Assembly (NCBI GenBank): GCA_963794945.1
Contig: CAWCFT010000014.1
Coordinates: forward strand, 1 to 64,000
Reading direction: 5' to 3'
Source of the DNA: Endomicrobiales bacterium
Lineage (GTDB): Bacteria > Elusimicrobiota > Endomicrobiia > Endomicrobiales > CAWCFT01
Length of the DNA: 64,000 nucleotides
Under the pieces are notes generated by a model. The model was given only the letters and a program-made list of their open reading frames with translations, searched no databases and had not been told where the DNA came from. The position numbers and the translations under genes are program-made. The number at the start of each line of letters is the position of its first letter. Position 1 is the first letter of the stretch. Positions 10,735-20,290 of the stretch are shown here, piece after piece.

Positions 10735-12339
10735 TTGAATATACGTAAAACAGCTTCGGATCTTTTGAGCAGGTTAATGTCTTACTCGCAAAAAACTACT
10801 GTTGAACACAGGGTTTTTAACATTGTTTTATTCTTAACTTTTATATTCTGCTGTCTGACCACTTTAACCAACATTATCTTCCGATTACCTCTCTTGCATG
10901 TCATACAAACAACTACAGGCGGCGTTCTATGCGGTTATATGCTATACAGGTCGCTGACCGAAATAAATTTCGAACCAATTTCAGTAACATTCAGTTACTT
11001 TGTGCTATTCATGCTATTGACCGCCTGGTTCAGCGACAACGGAACTCGCGGCAGCACTGGTTATCTATTCATGTTCATGACAGTTGCCGCGACTATTTAT
11101 TTGACTGAAAGACATAAATTATATTTTTTAATTACAACCCTGGCTGTTTTTGCCGGACTGTTTTTTGTTGAAGGCCTGGCCCCGTATCTGCTGACAAACT
11201 CCCACGCCAGCAGCTCACAGCTTTTATACGATGTAGCGTGCGGGATAATTTTTTCTGTACTTTTTGTGTGGTATGCCGTCCGCCTTGTACTTGAACAGCA
11301 CCGGAACGATAGGCAAAAGCTCTCAAAATCTATTGAAGAAATTAAAACTTTGCGCGAGATACTACCGATCTGTTCTTCATGCAAAAAAATACGCGATGAT
11401 AAAGGGTACTGGAGCCAGCTTGAAAAATATTTCGGCGAACACGCCCACCTAGAATTTACGCATGGGCTCTGCCCGGATTGTCTAAGAGAAGTTTATGCTC
11501 AAGGAAATGAAAATAACGGCAACAATAATTTAAAAGATAGTATCGAAATAAGCACTTCATACTCAGACTATCTGTCATCAATGAACACAATCCTGGCTAA
11601 AGTCATGAGCAGACTATTCGGTAACGCACTGGACACCACTGTTGAGAACAGGATATTCAATGCTATAACCTTTCAGATATTTTTAATGGGCTGTATTTGT
11701 ACATTATCAAATATCCTATTAAAGCTCCCGATATACCATGTGTTATTAACTTTTGTTATCGCTATGGTAGGTTTAGCAGTGTACTTGAGATCTATCTCCA
11801 CGAAACGTTACGAAGCACTTGTCGTTCCGTTCACCATCTTCAATGTTTCACTTCTTGTATTCTTATGGTTCATCGATAACGGCACGCTCGGCAGCGTCTC
11901 GTATTTTATGATAACCGCGACTGTCATGGCCGCTATGTATCTCAGAGGGAAAAGCGCCACAGTTTTTATTACAACACTTATAGCGTCGATCGTCATTCTT
12001 GTTTTCATAGAAAGTTCTTATCCCGCGTTTCTGCATAATGCACACTCCAGCAATATCCAGCGGTTGATAGACGTGTCGATGTGTTTTATGCTTTGCGTTG
12101 TTATAATTATCTTCTCGGTCCATGTGGTTATCAAACAGTACAGGGACGATAGGCACAGACTGTCTCTGGCACTTAGTGAGATACAAACTCTTCGAGGTAT
12201 ACTTCCGATATGTTCATCGTGCAAGAAGATCAGGGACGATAAGGGTTATTGGAACCAGATCGAAAAATATTTCAATGAACACACCGATTACAATCTTTCT
12301 TCGGGACTTTGCCCAGAATGCGCCAGCAAACAAAAATAG
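10735..12339 (+). CDS. Membrane protein made of two tandem modules (multi-TM domain + CxxC...CPxC Cys4 domain)
   Basis: LPICSSCKKIRDDKGYW...GLCPxC occurs twice, each after ~6 hydrophobic helices that begin TTVE(H/N)R(V/I)FN. Confidence 0.8.
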   Translation: MNIRKTASDLLSRLMSYSQKTTVEHRVFNIVLFLTFIFCCLTTLTNIIFRLPLLHVIQTTTGGVLCGYMLYRSLTEINFEPISVTFSYFVLFMLLTAWFSDNGTRGSTGYLFMFMTVAATIYLTERHKLYFLITTLAVFAGLFFVEGLAPYLLTNSHASSSQLLYDVACGIIFSVLFVWYAVRLVLEQHRNDRQKLSKSIEEIKTLREILPICSSCKKIRDDKGYWSQLEKYFGEHAHLEFTHGLCPDCLREVYAQGNENNGNNNLKDSIEISTSYSDYLSSMNTILAKVMSRLFGNALDTTVENRIFNAITFQIFLMGCICTLSNILLKLPIYHVLLTFVIAMVGLAVYLRSISTKRYEALVVPFTIFNVSLLVFLWFIDNGTLGSVSYFMITATVMAAMYLRGKSATVFITTLIASIVILVFIESSYPAFLHNAHSSNIQRLIDVSMCFMLCVVIIIFSVHVVIKQYRDDRHRLSLALSEIQTLRGILPICSSCKKIRDDKGYWNQIEKYFNEHTDYNLSSGLCPECASKQK

Positions 12340-12344
12340 CGTAT

Positions 12345-12373
12345 TTGACAATCTTATTCATTTTATATAGAAT
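12345..12373 (+). promoter_or_regulatory. Putative sigma70 promoter upstream of nusB
   Basis: TTGACA, 17 nt, TAGAAT. Confidence 0.7.
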
Positions 12374-12423
12374 TTCAATGAAGCTATACAGCGCGTCTTT
12401 CGTATTATTTAAGGATTAACCTC

Positions 12424-12870
12424 ATGGGAGTAAGACGGCAGGCTCGCGAAGCGACCCTGCAAATGCTTTATCTTTGCGACAATTGTAGATTCCCTTCTAA
12501 GGAAGCCGCACAGCAGTACTTTGATACACTTCTTTTACAAAGTGTCGGCACGGCATTTGCACAACAACTTTTTAACGGAACTCTTGAAAAACGCGATTCT
12601 TTAGACAAATTGATAACGACCTTTGCTGAGAACTGGGAACTTGACAGAATGGCCGCTGTTGACAGGAACATCCTAAGGCTTGCGGCTTACGAGATAGTTG
12701 AAATGGCTGATACTCCAATAAACGTTATAATCGACGAAGCCGTAGAGATAGCTAAGAAGTATTCCACAGCTGATTCCAGTAAGTTTGTTAACGGTATACT
12801 CGATAAGCTCAAAAGCGCCCGAAAGCATCATAATCCGGACGCTGCGCCAGCTTTAAAAACCCAGCAATAA
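12424..12870 (+). CDS. nusB: Transcription antitermination factor NusB
   Basis: RRQAREATLQMLY, DRNILRLA, VIIDEAVEIAKKY, FVNGILD. Confidence 0.96.
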   Translation: MGVRRQAREATLQMLYLCDNCRFPSKEAAQQYFDTLLLQSVGTAFAQQLFNGTLEKRDSLDKLITTFAENWELDRMAAVDRNILRLAAYEIVEMADTPINVIIDEAVEIAKKYSTADSSKFVNGILDKLKSARKHHNPDAAPALKTQQ

Positions 12871-12879
12871 CTTCAGGAG

Positions 12880-12904
12880 ACGGACTTATTAGGTCCGTTT
12901 TTTT
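12880..12904 (+). terminator. Terminator-like hairpin between nusB and ligA
   Basis: ACGGAC...GTCCGT stem followed by a T-run. Confidence 0.5.
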
Positions 12905-14917
12905 ATGCCTGATAAACACACAGACACACAAAGCCTGATAGAAAAACTTAAAAGAGAGATAAACCGCCACGATTATCTCTACTATGTTGAAGACTCGCCC
13001 GATATAACCGACTACCAGTATGACCAGCTGTTAAAACAACTTGCCGATATTGAGAAAGCCCATCCCGAGCTTGTCACAAACGATTCTCCAACGCAGAGGG
13101 TTTCAGGTGAGGCATCACCGACGTTCAACCCAGTACGCCACAGCATACCCATGCTTTCGCTCGACAACACCTACAATGAAATTGAGTTCTCTGACTGGTT
13201 CAATAGAACAGCCAAGGGCCTCAAAGGTGAGCCTTTTGAGCTTGTCGTAGAACTAAAAATTGACGGCGTGAGCCTCAACCTCACTTACGAGAGCGGTGTT
13301 CTTAAGACCGGTGCCACTAGGGGCGATGGGGAAACCGGTGAAGATGTTACACCAAACGCCAAAAGCATCCGTGCCATACCTCTTAGGCTTTTAAATGCAA
13401 AACCACCAAGCTATCTGGAAGTTCGAGGTGAAGTTTATATAAACAAAAAGGATTTTCACGACCTAAATAAAAGAATAACGGATGAAGGCGAGCAGGAATT
13501 CGCGAACCCGCGCAACGCTGCCGCTGGCTCTTTGCGCCAGAAGAACCCGCTTATAACAGCAAAAAGGCCGCTCAAATTCTTTGTGCATTCTTTCGGACTT
13601 GTTGAAGGCGAAAATTTCGAGACCCATTGGCAGTTCCTTGAATACTGCCGCAAGGCAGGGCTGCGCCCTACCGACAGGGCAAAGGTTTGCAGGAGCTTCG
13701 ACGAGGTTCTCGCTTTCAGGAACGAGATCGAAAAGACCCGAGACAACCTGCCGTATGAGATAGACGGCATAGTTGCCAAGGTCAACTCTCTCGGCCAGCA
13801 GAAACTGCTTGGCTTTACCTCAAAAAGCCCAAGATGGGCCATAGCGTTCAAGTTCGCTCCTAGACAAGCTGTCACCAAGGTTGAGAATATAAGGGTGCAA
13901 GTAGGAAGAACAGGCATACTTACGCCTGTGGCTGAGCTAACACCTGTAGAAATTTCGGGGGTAACCGTATCAAATTCTACACTCCACAATTTTGACGAGA
14001 TAGGTAGGCTTGGTGTCAGGATAGGGGACACGGTACTTGTGGAGCGGGCTGGAGACGTCATTCCAAAGGTAGTTAAAACCTTCACGGAAAAGCGCACGGG
14101 CTTGGAAAAGGTGTTTCATATACCAAAAAAATGCCCGGCCTGCGGTGAACCGATAACTAAAGAAAAAGAAGATGAGGTGGCCTACAGATGCATCAACCCG
14201 TCATGCCCGGCGCAGATAGAGCAGGGCCTCGCGCACTTTGCCGCAAGGGACGCAATGGATATAAACGGCCTGGGGGAATCCGCTATTGCGCAGCTACTTA
14301 GCCGAAAATTAGTCAACAATTTCTCCGATATTTATTTTTTAAAAAAAGAAGACCTCCTTAAGCTTGAACTTTTCAAGGACAAAAAGGCCAGCAATCTGCT
14401 TTCAGCAATTGAGAAAAGCAAGACGAGGCCGCTGAACCGTCTCCTGTTCGGCCTTGGGATTCGCCACATAGGAGAAAAAGCGGCCAGGGTGCTCGCTGAG
14501 AAATTCGTTAACATTGACAATCTTGCCGGGGCTTCAAGAGAAAAGCTTGAGGCGATACCGGAAATTGGCCCGGTCATGGCTGAGGCAGTAAACGATTTCT
14601 TTTCACAGGCTGCAGTGAAGCGCATAATTGAATATCTCAAAAGAGCCGGAGTGAACATGACCGAACCCGTGCGGGAAAATACGCTCACTGCTATTACGGG
14701 GAAGATATTCGTTCTGACAGGAGAATTAGAAACGCTAACCCGCGGTCAAGCAGAGAGCAAAATAGCCGAACTTGGCGGCAGTGCTGTTTCTTCAGTTTCA
14801 AAAAAGACCAATTACCTGGTCCTAGGCAAAGACCCGGGGTCAAAATACGATAAAGCCAAAAAACTTCACGTCAAGATTATTAATGAAAAAGAGTTTTTAG
14901 AACTTATAAAAGGCTAG
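12905..14917 (+). CDS. ligA: NAD-dependent DNA ligase
   Basis: ELKIDG active site, TRGDG, EVRGE, NPRNAAAGSLRQ, Zn finger and BRCT domain. Confidence 0.97.
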   Translation: MPDKHTDTQSLIEKLKREINRHDYLYYVEDSPDITDYQYDQLLKQLADIEKAHPELVTNDSPTQRVSGEASPTFNPVRHSIPMLSLDNTYNEIEFSDWFNRTAKGLKGEPFELVVELKIDGVSLNLTYESGVLKTGATRGDGETGEDVTPNAKSIRAIPLRLLNAKPPSYLEVRGEVYINKKDFHDLNKRITDEGEQEFANPRNAAAGSLRQKNPLITAKRPLKFFVHSFGLVEGENFETHWQFLEYCRKAGLRPTDRAKVCRSFDEVLAFRNEIEKTRDNLPYEIDGIVAKVNSLGQQKLLGFTSKSPRWAIAFKFAPRQAVTKVENIRVQVGRTGILTPVAELTPVEISGVTVSNSTLHNFDEIGRLGVRIGDTVLVERAGDVIPKVVKTFTEKRTGLEKVFHIPKKCPACGEPITKEKEDEVAYRCINPSCPAQIEQGLAHFAARDAMDINGLGESAIAQLLSRKLVNNFSDIYFLKKEDLLKLELFKDKKASNLLSAIEKSKTRPLNRLLFGLGIRHIGEKAARVLAEKFVNIDNLAGASREKLEAIPEIGPVMAEAVNDFFSQAAVKRIIEYLKRAGVNMTEPVRENTLTAITGKIFVLTGELETLTRGQAESKIAELGGSAVSSVSKKTNYLVLGKDPGSKYDKAKKLHVKIINEKEFLELIKG

Positions 14918-14921
14918 ATAT

Positions 14922-15644
14922 ATGGAACCTATAAAAAAACATCAGCTTAACAAGTTATTCGAAGACAACAACGTTATAGCCTTCTATAAACCACCGGGGC
15001 TTCCGGTGACACCTGACGACCACTCAGACCCTCAGAACTCGCTTATGGGCCCCGCGCAGGCACTCACAGGCCTGAAATTGTGGATCGTTCATATAATCGA
15101 TAAAGGAATTTCCGGTGCTGTTGTATTCGCTAAGAACGAGAAAGCCCACTCGCACATTACCGCCCAATTCCAGAAGGGAACAGCAAAGAAGGCGTATCTG
15201 GCTCTGCTCAACGGGCAGCTGGAAGCCGACACCGGCACGATCAACGAACCGATAATCATAAACGGTAAAGACGTCGCTCGCGATGCCGGAGGCCAGCCTT
15301 CAATAACGGACTACAAAGTGATAGAGCGGTTCAGGGATTTTACGCTGGTCGAAGCATATCCGGGCACTGGCGGCAGGCACCAGATAAGGCTTCATTTCCT
15401 CTCATTAGGGCACCCTCTGGCAATTGACGCTGAATATTCAGGCAGAGCGGAGCTGTTACTCTCGGAGTTTAAGAAGAGGTATAAGCCCAGCGGCAAAGAA
15501 AAGCCTCTGCTCGCAAGGCTCAGCCTTCACGTAAAAAGCATCACTTTCACGGAGCCCGGTTCTGACAGGCCGGTAACCATAGAGTCGCCATTACCGCATG
15601 ATTTTGAGGTTGCACTAAAACAGTTGAGAAAATACAACAAGTGA
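14922..15644 (+). CDS. RluA-family pseudouridine synthase (divergent active-site motif)
   Basis: KPPGL, HIIDKGISG (compare HRLDxxTSG), TGGRHQIRLH, L.LH. Confidence 0.85.
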   Translation: MEPIKKHQLNKLFEDNNVIAFYKPPGLPVTPDDHSDPQNSLMGPAQALTGLKLWIVHIIDKGISGAVVFAKNEKAHSHITAQFQKGTAKKAYLALLNGQLEADTGTINEPIIINGKDVARDAGGQPSITDYKVIERFRDFTLVEAYPGTGGRHQIRLHFLSLGHPLAIDAEYSGRAELLLSEFKKRYKPSGKEKPLLARLSLHVKSITFTEPGSDRPVTIESPLPHDFEVALKQLRKYNK

Positions 15645-15708
15645 TGGCCACAGATTCAGACCACAGGCTGAAACATTGAAAAATACGCCTGCGGGGGGAG
15701 ATAAGAAT

Positions 15709-16750
15709 ATGGTTAGAGATGTGCATTTCCTTCCTTGGAAAGACCGAGCCGGGTTCCCGGGCTGGATAAAGAAAACGGGCGCGTTTGATATTATTAAAGA
15801 GAATATGTATACCTCTATAAAGATACATTTTGGCGAAGAGGGAAATATAGGATACATCAGGCCGGAGTTCGTTAAACCGGTAGCCGACAATATAACCTTG
15901 CTTAAGGCTTACCCTTTTATGACCGACGCTAACACCATCTATGTAGGCCAGCGGGCCGACGCCGTCCACCATGCAGCCGTTGCCGATAAGCACGGTTTCA
16001 ATATAGCCAACTGCGGCTGCCCTGTCGTTATAGCAGACGGCCTCAGGGGAAACAGCGGGTACAACGTGGAAGTGGGCCTTAAACATTTCAAAAGAGTAAT
16101 GATCTCTAACGCCGTGCATTATTCAGACGCCGTCATACTGATGTCTCACTTCAAAGGTCATGAGATAACAGGATTCGGCGGAGCTATAAAGAACGCCGGC
16201 ATGGGCTGCTGCAACAAGAGCCGGAAAGTACGAGATGCACGACAAACTATTCCCTAAAGTTGACCCAGCCAAATGCCTGGGCTGCGGCAGCTGCGTCAAA
16301 TGGTGCGCCGGGAAGGCGCTGGCGCTCAAAGGAAAATCTATCTCATTTGACAAAACCAAATGCACCGGCTGTTGCGAATGCATACTCAGCTGCAAGGCCG
16401 GGGTCTTTCATATCCCTTGGGATGAGAACACCAGGGCTACACAGGAAAAGATCGCAGAATACGCTTACGGAGTTCTCAAAGGCAAACCAAGCTTTTCGAT
16501 CAATTTTGTCAATTTTTTTACAAAGTTCTGCGATTGCTACCCGACTAACGGCAAGCCTTTAATAGCAGATATAGGAATTTTCGCGGGAGCGGACCCGGTC
16601 GCGGTTGACCAGGCCTGTGCGGATGCGGTAAACGACAGGTTCGGCTCGGACATGGTTAAACATATTTTCCCCGAGATAGACTGGAAATCGGGCCTTGAGT
16701 ACGCTGAAAAAATAGGCCTTGGAGAGAGAAACTACAGGATAATCTCTTAA
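15709..16750 (+). CDS. DUF362-type protein with a 2x[4Fe-4S] ferredoxin domain (indel near 16212)
   Basis: IKIHFGEEGN, SHFKGH...GFGGAIKN.GMGC, then CLGCGSCVKWC and CTGCCECILSC, DPVAVDQA. Confidence 0.85.
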
Positions 16751-16754
16751 CCAC

Positions 16755-17255
16755 ATGAACAACTCTAACAACAACCACGATAACGGGAAAAAACCGAAGT
16801 TCATCGTTGACTTCATGCTCGGCAGGCTCGCCAAATGGCTGAGAATATTCGGCTACGATACAATGTACGTTGATAAAGCCTTCAGTGAGAGCATTCTTCT
16901 AAAAAGCCTCAAGGATAACAGGATACTTATCACAAGGAACAGCAGGCTGAGCCGCAACCGTGCGCTGAAGATGGTGCTCGTAGAAAGCGACAAATTCCTT
17001 GAACAGGCTGACCAAATAACGAGAGAGTTGAAACTTCAGCTTTCCGAAAAGAATTTCTTTTCCCGCTGCACTTTCTGTAACTCGGAGCTCATAATTGTAG
17101 AAGATAAGGAACTAATTAAAACCAGGGTTCCCGAATACGTCTACAACACCCAAAATAAATTCACCGCGTGCCCACAGTGCAAACGTGTGTATTGGGCCGG
17201 AACACATTACGGACTTCTATTAAAACAACTAAAAAAAGCTGGTCTGCTTAAATAA
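16755..17255 (+). CDS. Mut7-C RNase domain protein
   Basis: FIVDFMLGRLAKWLRIFGYD, SRCTFCN, CPQCKRVYWAGTH. Confidence 0.9.
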   Translation: MNNSNNNHDNGKKPKFIVDFMLGRLAKWLRIFGYDTMYVDKAFSESILLKSLKDNRILITRNSRLSRNRALKMVLVESDKFLEQADQITRELKLQLSEKNFFSRCTFCNSELIIVEDKELIKTRVPEYVYNTQNKFTACPQCKRVYWAGTHYGLLLKQLKKAGLLK

Positions 17256-17899
17256 TGAAAATCACCGGTATTCTCAAGGACAAACATGTAAAGGGGCGTT
17301 TTAATGTCCGTTTCGATGGGCTGGAAGGGACGCTGCCTATTTCGGATGAGACCATCGTAGAGAACGGGCTGAAAGTCGGCCTCGAGATCGATCGCGAGCG
17401 GCTAGACGAAATACTGAAAGAGGACGAAAAGCGCAGAGCTATAAGCGCTTCTTTTAACCTGTTGAGTTTTTCTCAGAGAAGCCGCAAGGAGCTGGCCGGA
17501 CGACTAAAACTGAAATCATTTTCGCCGCAAGCCGTAAGCCACGCTCTTGACAGGCTTGCGGAGCTGGGGTACTTAAACGATAATGTTTTCTCTAGGAACC
17601 TGCTTAACCTCCGCAGGTCCCAGGGAAAAGGTTCCGAGCTGATAAAATTCGAAATGAAGCGGAAGGGTATATCAAACGAGGTTATAAACGAAGTTTTCCG
17701 CGATAACCCTCTTTCTGCAGAGACCGAAGCGGAAGAGGTCCTGCCGCTGGCTAGAAAGAAACTTTCGCTTATGCGCGGGCTGACCAAGGAAGTTGCTGCC
17801 CGCAGGCTTATGGGTTTTCTGGCCCGCAGGGGGTTTTCGGTAGATACCGCGCGAGCGGTACTGCGCCTCTTAAAAAGCGACCCTGGCAGCGAAGAATAG
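17255..17899 (+). CDS. recX: Recombination regulator RecX
   Basis: RS.KEL..RL..K, GYLND..F, G...IK.E...KGI, FLARRGFS. Confidence 0.88.
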   Translation: MKITGILKDKHVKGRFNVRFDGLEGTLPISDETIVENGLKVGLEIDRERLDEILKEDEKRRAISASFNLLSFSQRSRKELAGRLKLKSFSPQAVSHALDRLAELGYLNDNVFSRNLLNLRRSQGKGSELIKFEMKRKGISNEVINEVFRDNPLSAETEAEEVLPLARKKLSLMRGLTKEVAARRLMGFLARRGFSVDTARAVLRLLKSDPGSEE

Positions 17900-18012
17900 A
17901 AACGATTTTGATAATATTTCAAATAATTATCTCTTGAAAGAAATATTTTGTATAATATTCAGCAATAAGCAACAGTTCAACGAGTCCGAAGGCGTTACTA
18001 AAGGAGGCCCAA

Positions 18013-18597
18013 ATGACACAGTTTGTTGCGTTCGACAAACAGGCGGAGGTCAACGGAGAAACGGTACTTTCGATCGTGAGCGGTATGGAACTCTTCAAGA
18101 ACGAGGCGTTGAGGATCCTTAAAGAGAACGGGATAGATAACCCGATCCCCGGGAAATGGTACTCGCAGCAGTCATGGCTCAACGCTTTCAAACTGATATC
18201 AGAAAAGCTCGGCATCGGCACTCTTTTCCTCATCGGCAAGAAAATACCTGAAAACGCTCAGTGGCCCGCTTTCGTTAAGACAGTCGAAGACGCCCTACCA
18301 TCAATAGATGTTGCTTACCACATGAATCACAAGATAAAAGACAGTGTCCTGTTCAATCCACACACAGGAGTGATGAAGGAAGGGATAGGCCACTACAGTT
18401 TCGAGAAAACCGGGCCGAGATCCGCTAAAATGGTCTGCAACAACCCTTATCCCTGCGATTTCGACAGGGGAATTATTGAAGCTGCGGCAAGGAAGTTTCT
18501 GCCTGCCGACAGCAAAGTACTAACCGTTACCCATGATGATTCTCAGCCCTGCAGAAAAAAAGGCAAAGATTCCTGCAGCTATAATGTAAGCTGGTAG
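18013..18597 (+). CDS. Hypothetical protein with a V4R/H-NOX-like C-terminus
   Basis: Strong AAGGAGG RBS. NPYPCDFDRGII and CRKKGKDSCSYNVSW resemble a V4R-type ligand-binding fold. Confidence 0.65.
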   Translation: MTQFVAFDKQAEVNGETVLSIVSGMELFKNEALRILKENGIDNPIPGKWYSQQSWLNAFKLISEKLGIGTLFLIGKKIPENAQWPAFVKTVEDALPSIDVAYHMNHKIKDSVLFNPHTGVMKEGIGHYSFEKTGPRSAKMVCNNPYPCDFDRGIIEAAARKFLPADSKVLTVTHDDSQPCRKKGKDSCSYNVSW

Positions 18598-18648
18598 CCA
18601 GGCGGACTTTCGCCTGAACGTTCGTAAATTTTCAACTAAGCCCTGGGA

Positions 18649-18685
18649 CCCTTTTGAAGCGTTCAAAGGCAGGTTCTATTTTTAT
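18649..18685 (+). terminator. Putative intrinsic terminator
   Basis: CCTTTTGAA-GCG-TTCAAAGG hairpin with a downstream T-rich tract. Confidence 0.45.
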
Positions 18686-18702
18686 TTTAGGAGAATAAAT
18701 AA

Positions 18703-20272
18703 ATGACTGTTAAACTCGCGTTGATCAGTGTTTCGGACAAAAGCGGAGTGGTTGAGTTGGCCAAAAGCCTTACTGAACTCGGAATTAAGATCATCTCTAG
18801 CGGAGGCACAGCAAAAACATTTTCGCAGAGCGGCATATCGTGCACCGAGATATCCGAGGTCACCGGCTTTCCCGAAATACTTGACGGGCGGGTAAAAACA
18901 TTGAACCCGAAGATACACGGTGGCATACTCGCTAGGCGCGACAAGAATAGCCACCTTGAAGAGCTCAAAAAGCACTCAATTGAGGCAATTGACCTTGTGG
19001 TAGTCAACCTATATCCATTCGAAAGCACGGTGTCTAAATATGCGAAAGATCCTTCGAAGATAATCAATGACGACATCATTGAAAATATCGACATCGGCGG
19101 AGTTGCGCTTATACGGGCCGCTTCAAAAAACTTCAGTGACGTGCTTATAGTCGTGGACCCTTCCGATTACGGAAAGGTTGCCCATTGTATCAAGATGGGC
19201 ACGGTAACTGACGATTTAAGAAGAGAGCTCGCAGCAAAAGCGTTCCGCCACACCGCTTATTACGACGCTCTGATTTCCGGTTATTTCACACTTGATAAAT
19301 TCCCGCAAGAAATGGCTATTCCTTTAAAACTACAGTCTACGCTCCGTTACGGCGAAAACCCTCACCAGGCCGGCTGTTTACAGGGCTGGAACAGCGTCCA
19401 AAAATGCGGCAACCGTTATCAATGCCAAGGTCCTTCAGGGAAAAGAACTTTCATATAATAACTATCTTGACCTCGAATCAGCTTGGAAGCTCGCGCTCGA
19501 ATTTGACAAGCCCGCGTGCGCCATTATTAAGCACAACAACCCCTGCGGGTGCGCAGAATCCGAATCTATACTTGAATCGTACAATAGGGCACTCGCGTGC
19601 GACACGGTTAGCGCTTACGGAGGCGTTTTGGCATTCAACCGTGAGGTGGACGAGGCAACAGCCGTCGAAGTGGCAAAGCTATTTACCGAATGTATAGCGG
19701 CTCCTTCTTTCTCATCCAAGGCAAGGACTGTTTTCGCCACGAAGAAGAACCTCAGGCTACTCGAACTCGGAGTACCGGACAAGAACGCGTCATCCGTCAG
19801 CGCAGTAGACTACAGGACGCTTGAAGGCGGAGCGCTTGCCCAGGAACGCGACTCGATTATATACAGCGACCTCAAGTCGGTCACTAAAGCCGTTCCTTCA
19901 GCTGAAGATCTGGAATCGCTGAAATTCGCTATGAAAGTCTGCAAGCACGTCAAATCTAACGCCATTATACTGGTACGCGGGTCACAGACTGTCGGTATAG
20001 GCGCCGGACAGATGAGCCGCATAGATTCACTCAACATAGCAGCTGGCAAGATGAAGGCGGTCAAGCACGGCCTCGATGAGTCCAAGTTCCCGCTGGTCCT
20101 TGCATCAGACGCCTTCTTTCCTTTTAACGATGTAGTACTCGAGTCATCCAAGATCAGCGTCAAAACCATAATCCAGCCCGGCGGTTCTATCCGGGATGAA
20201 GATTCCATTAAGGCCTGCGATGAACACGGTATGGCCATGGTATTTTCGGGCATCAGGCATTTCAGGCACTAA
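18703..20272 (+). CDS. purH: Bifunctional AICAR transformylase/IMP cyclohydrolase (indel near 19375)
   Basis: ALISVSDK, GRVKTL, ENIDIGG, LRYGENPHQ, then KHVKSNAI, GAGQMSR, ASDAFFPF, QPGGSIRD, RHFRH. Confidence 0.95.
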
Positions 20273-20290
20273 TTCACTATCATAGTCAAA

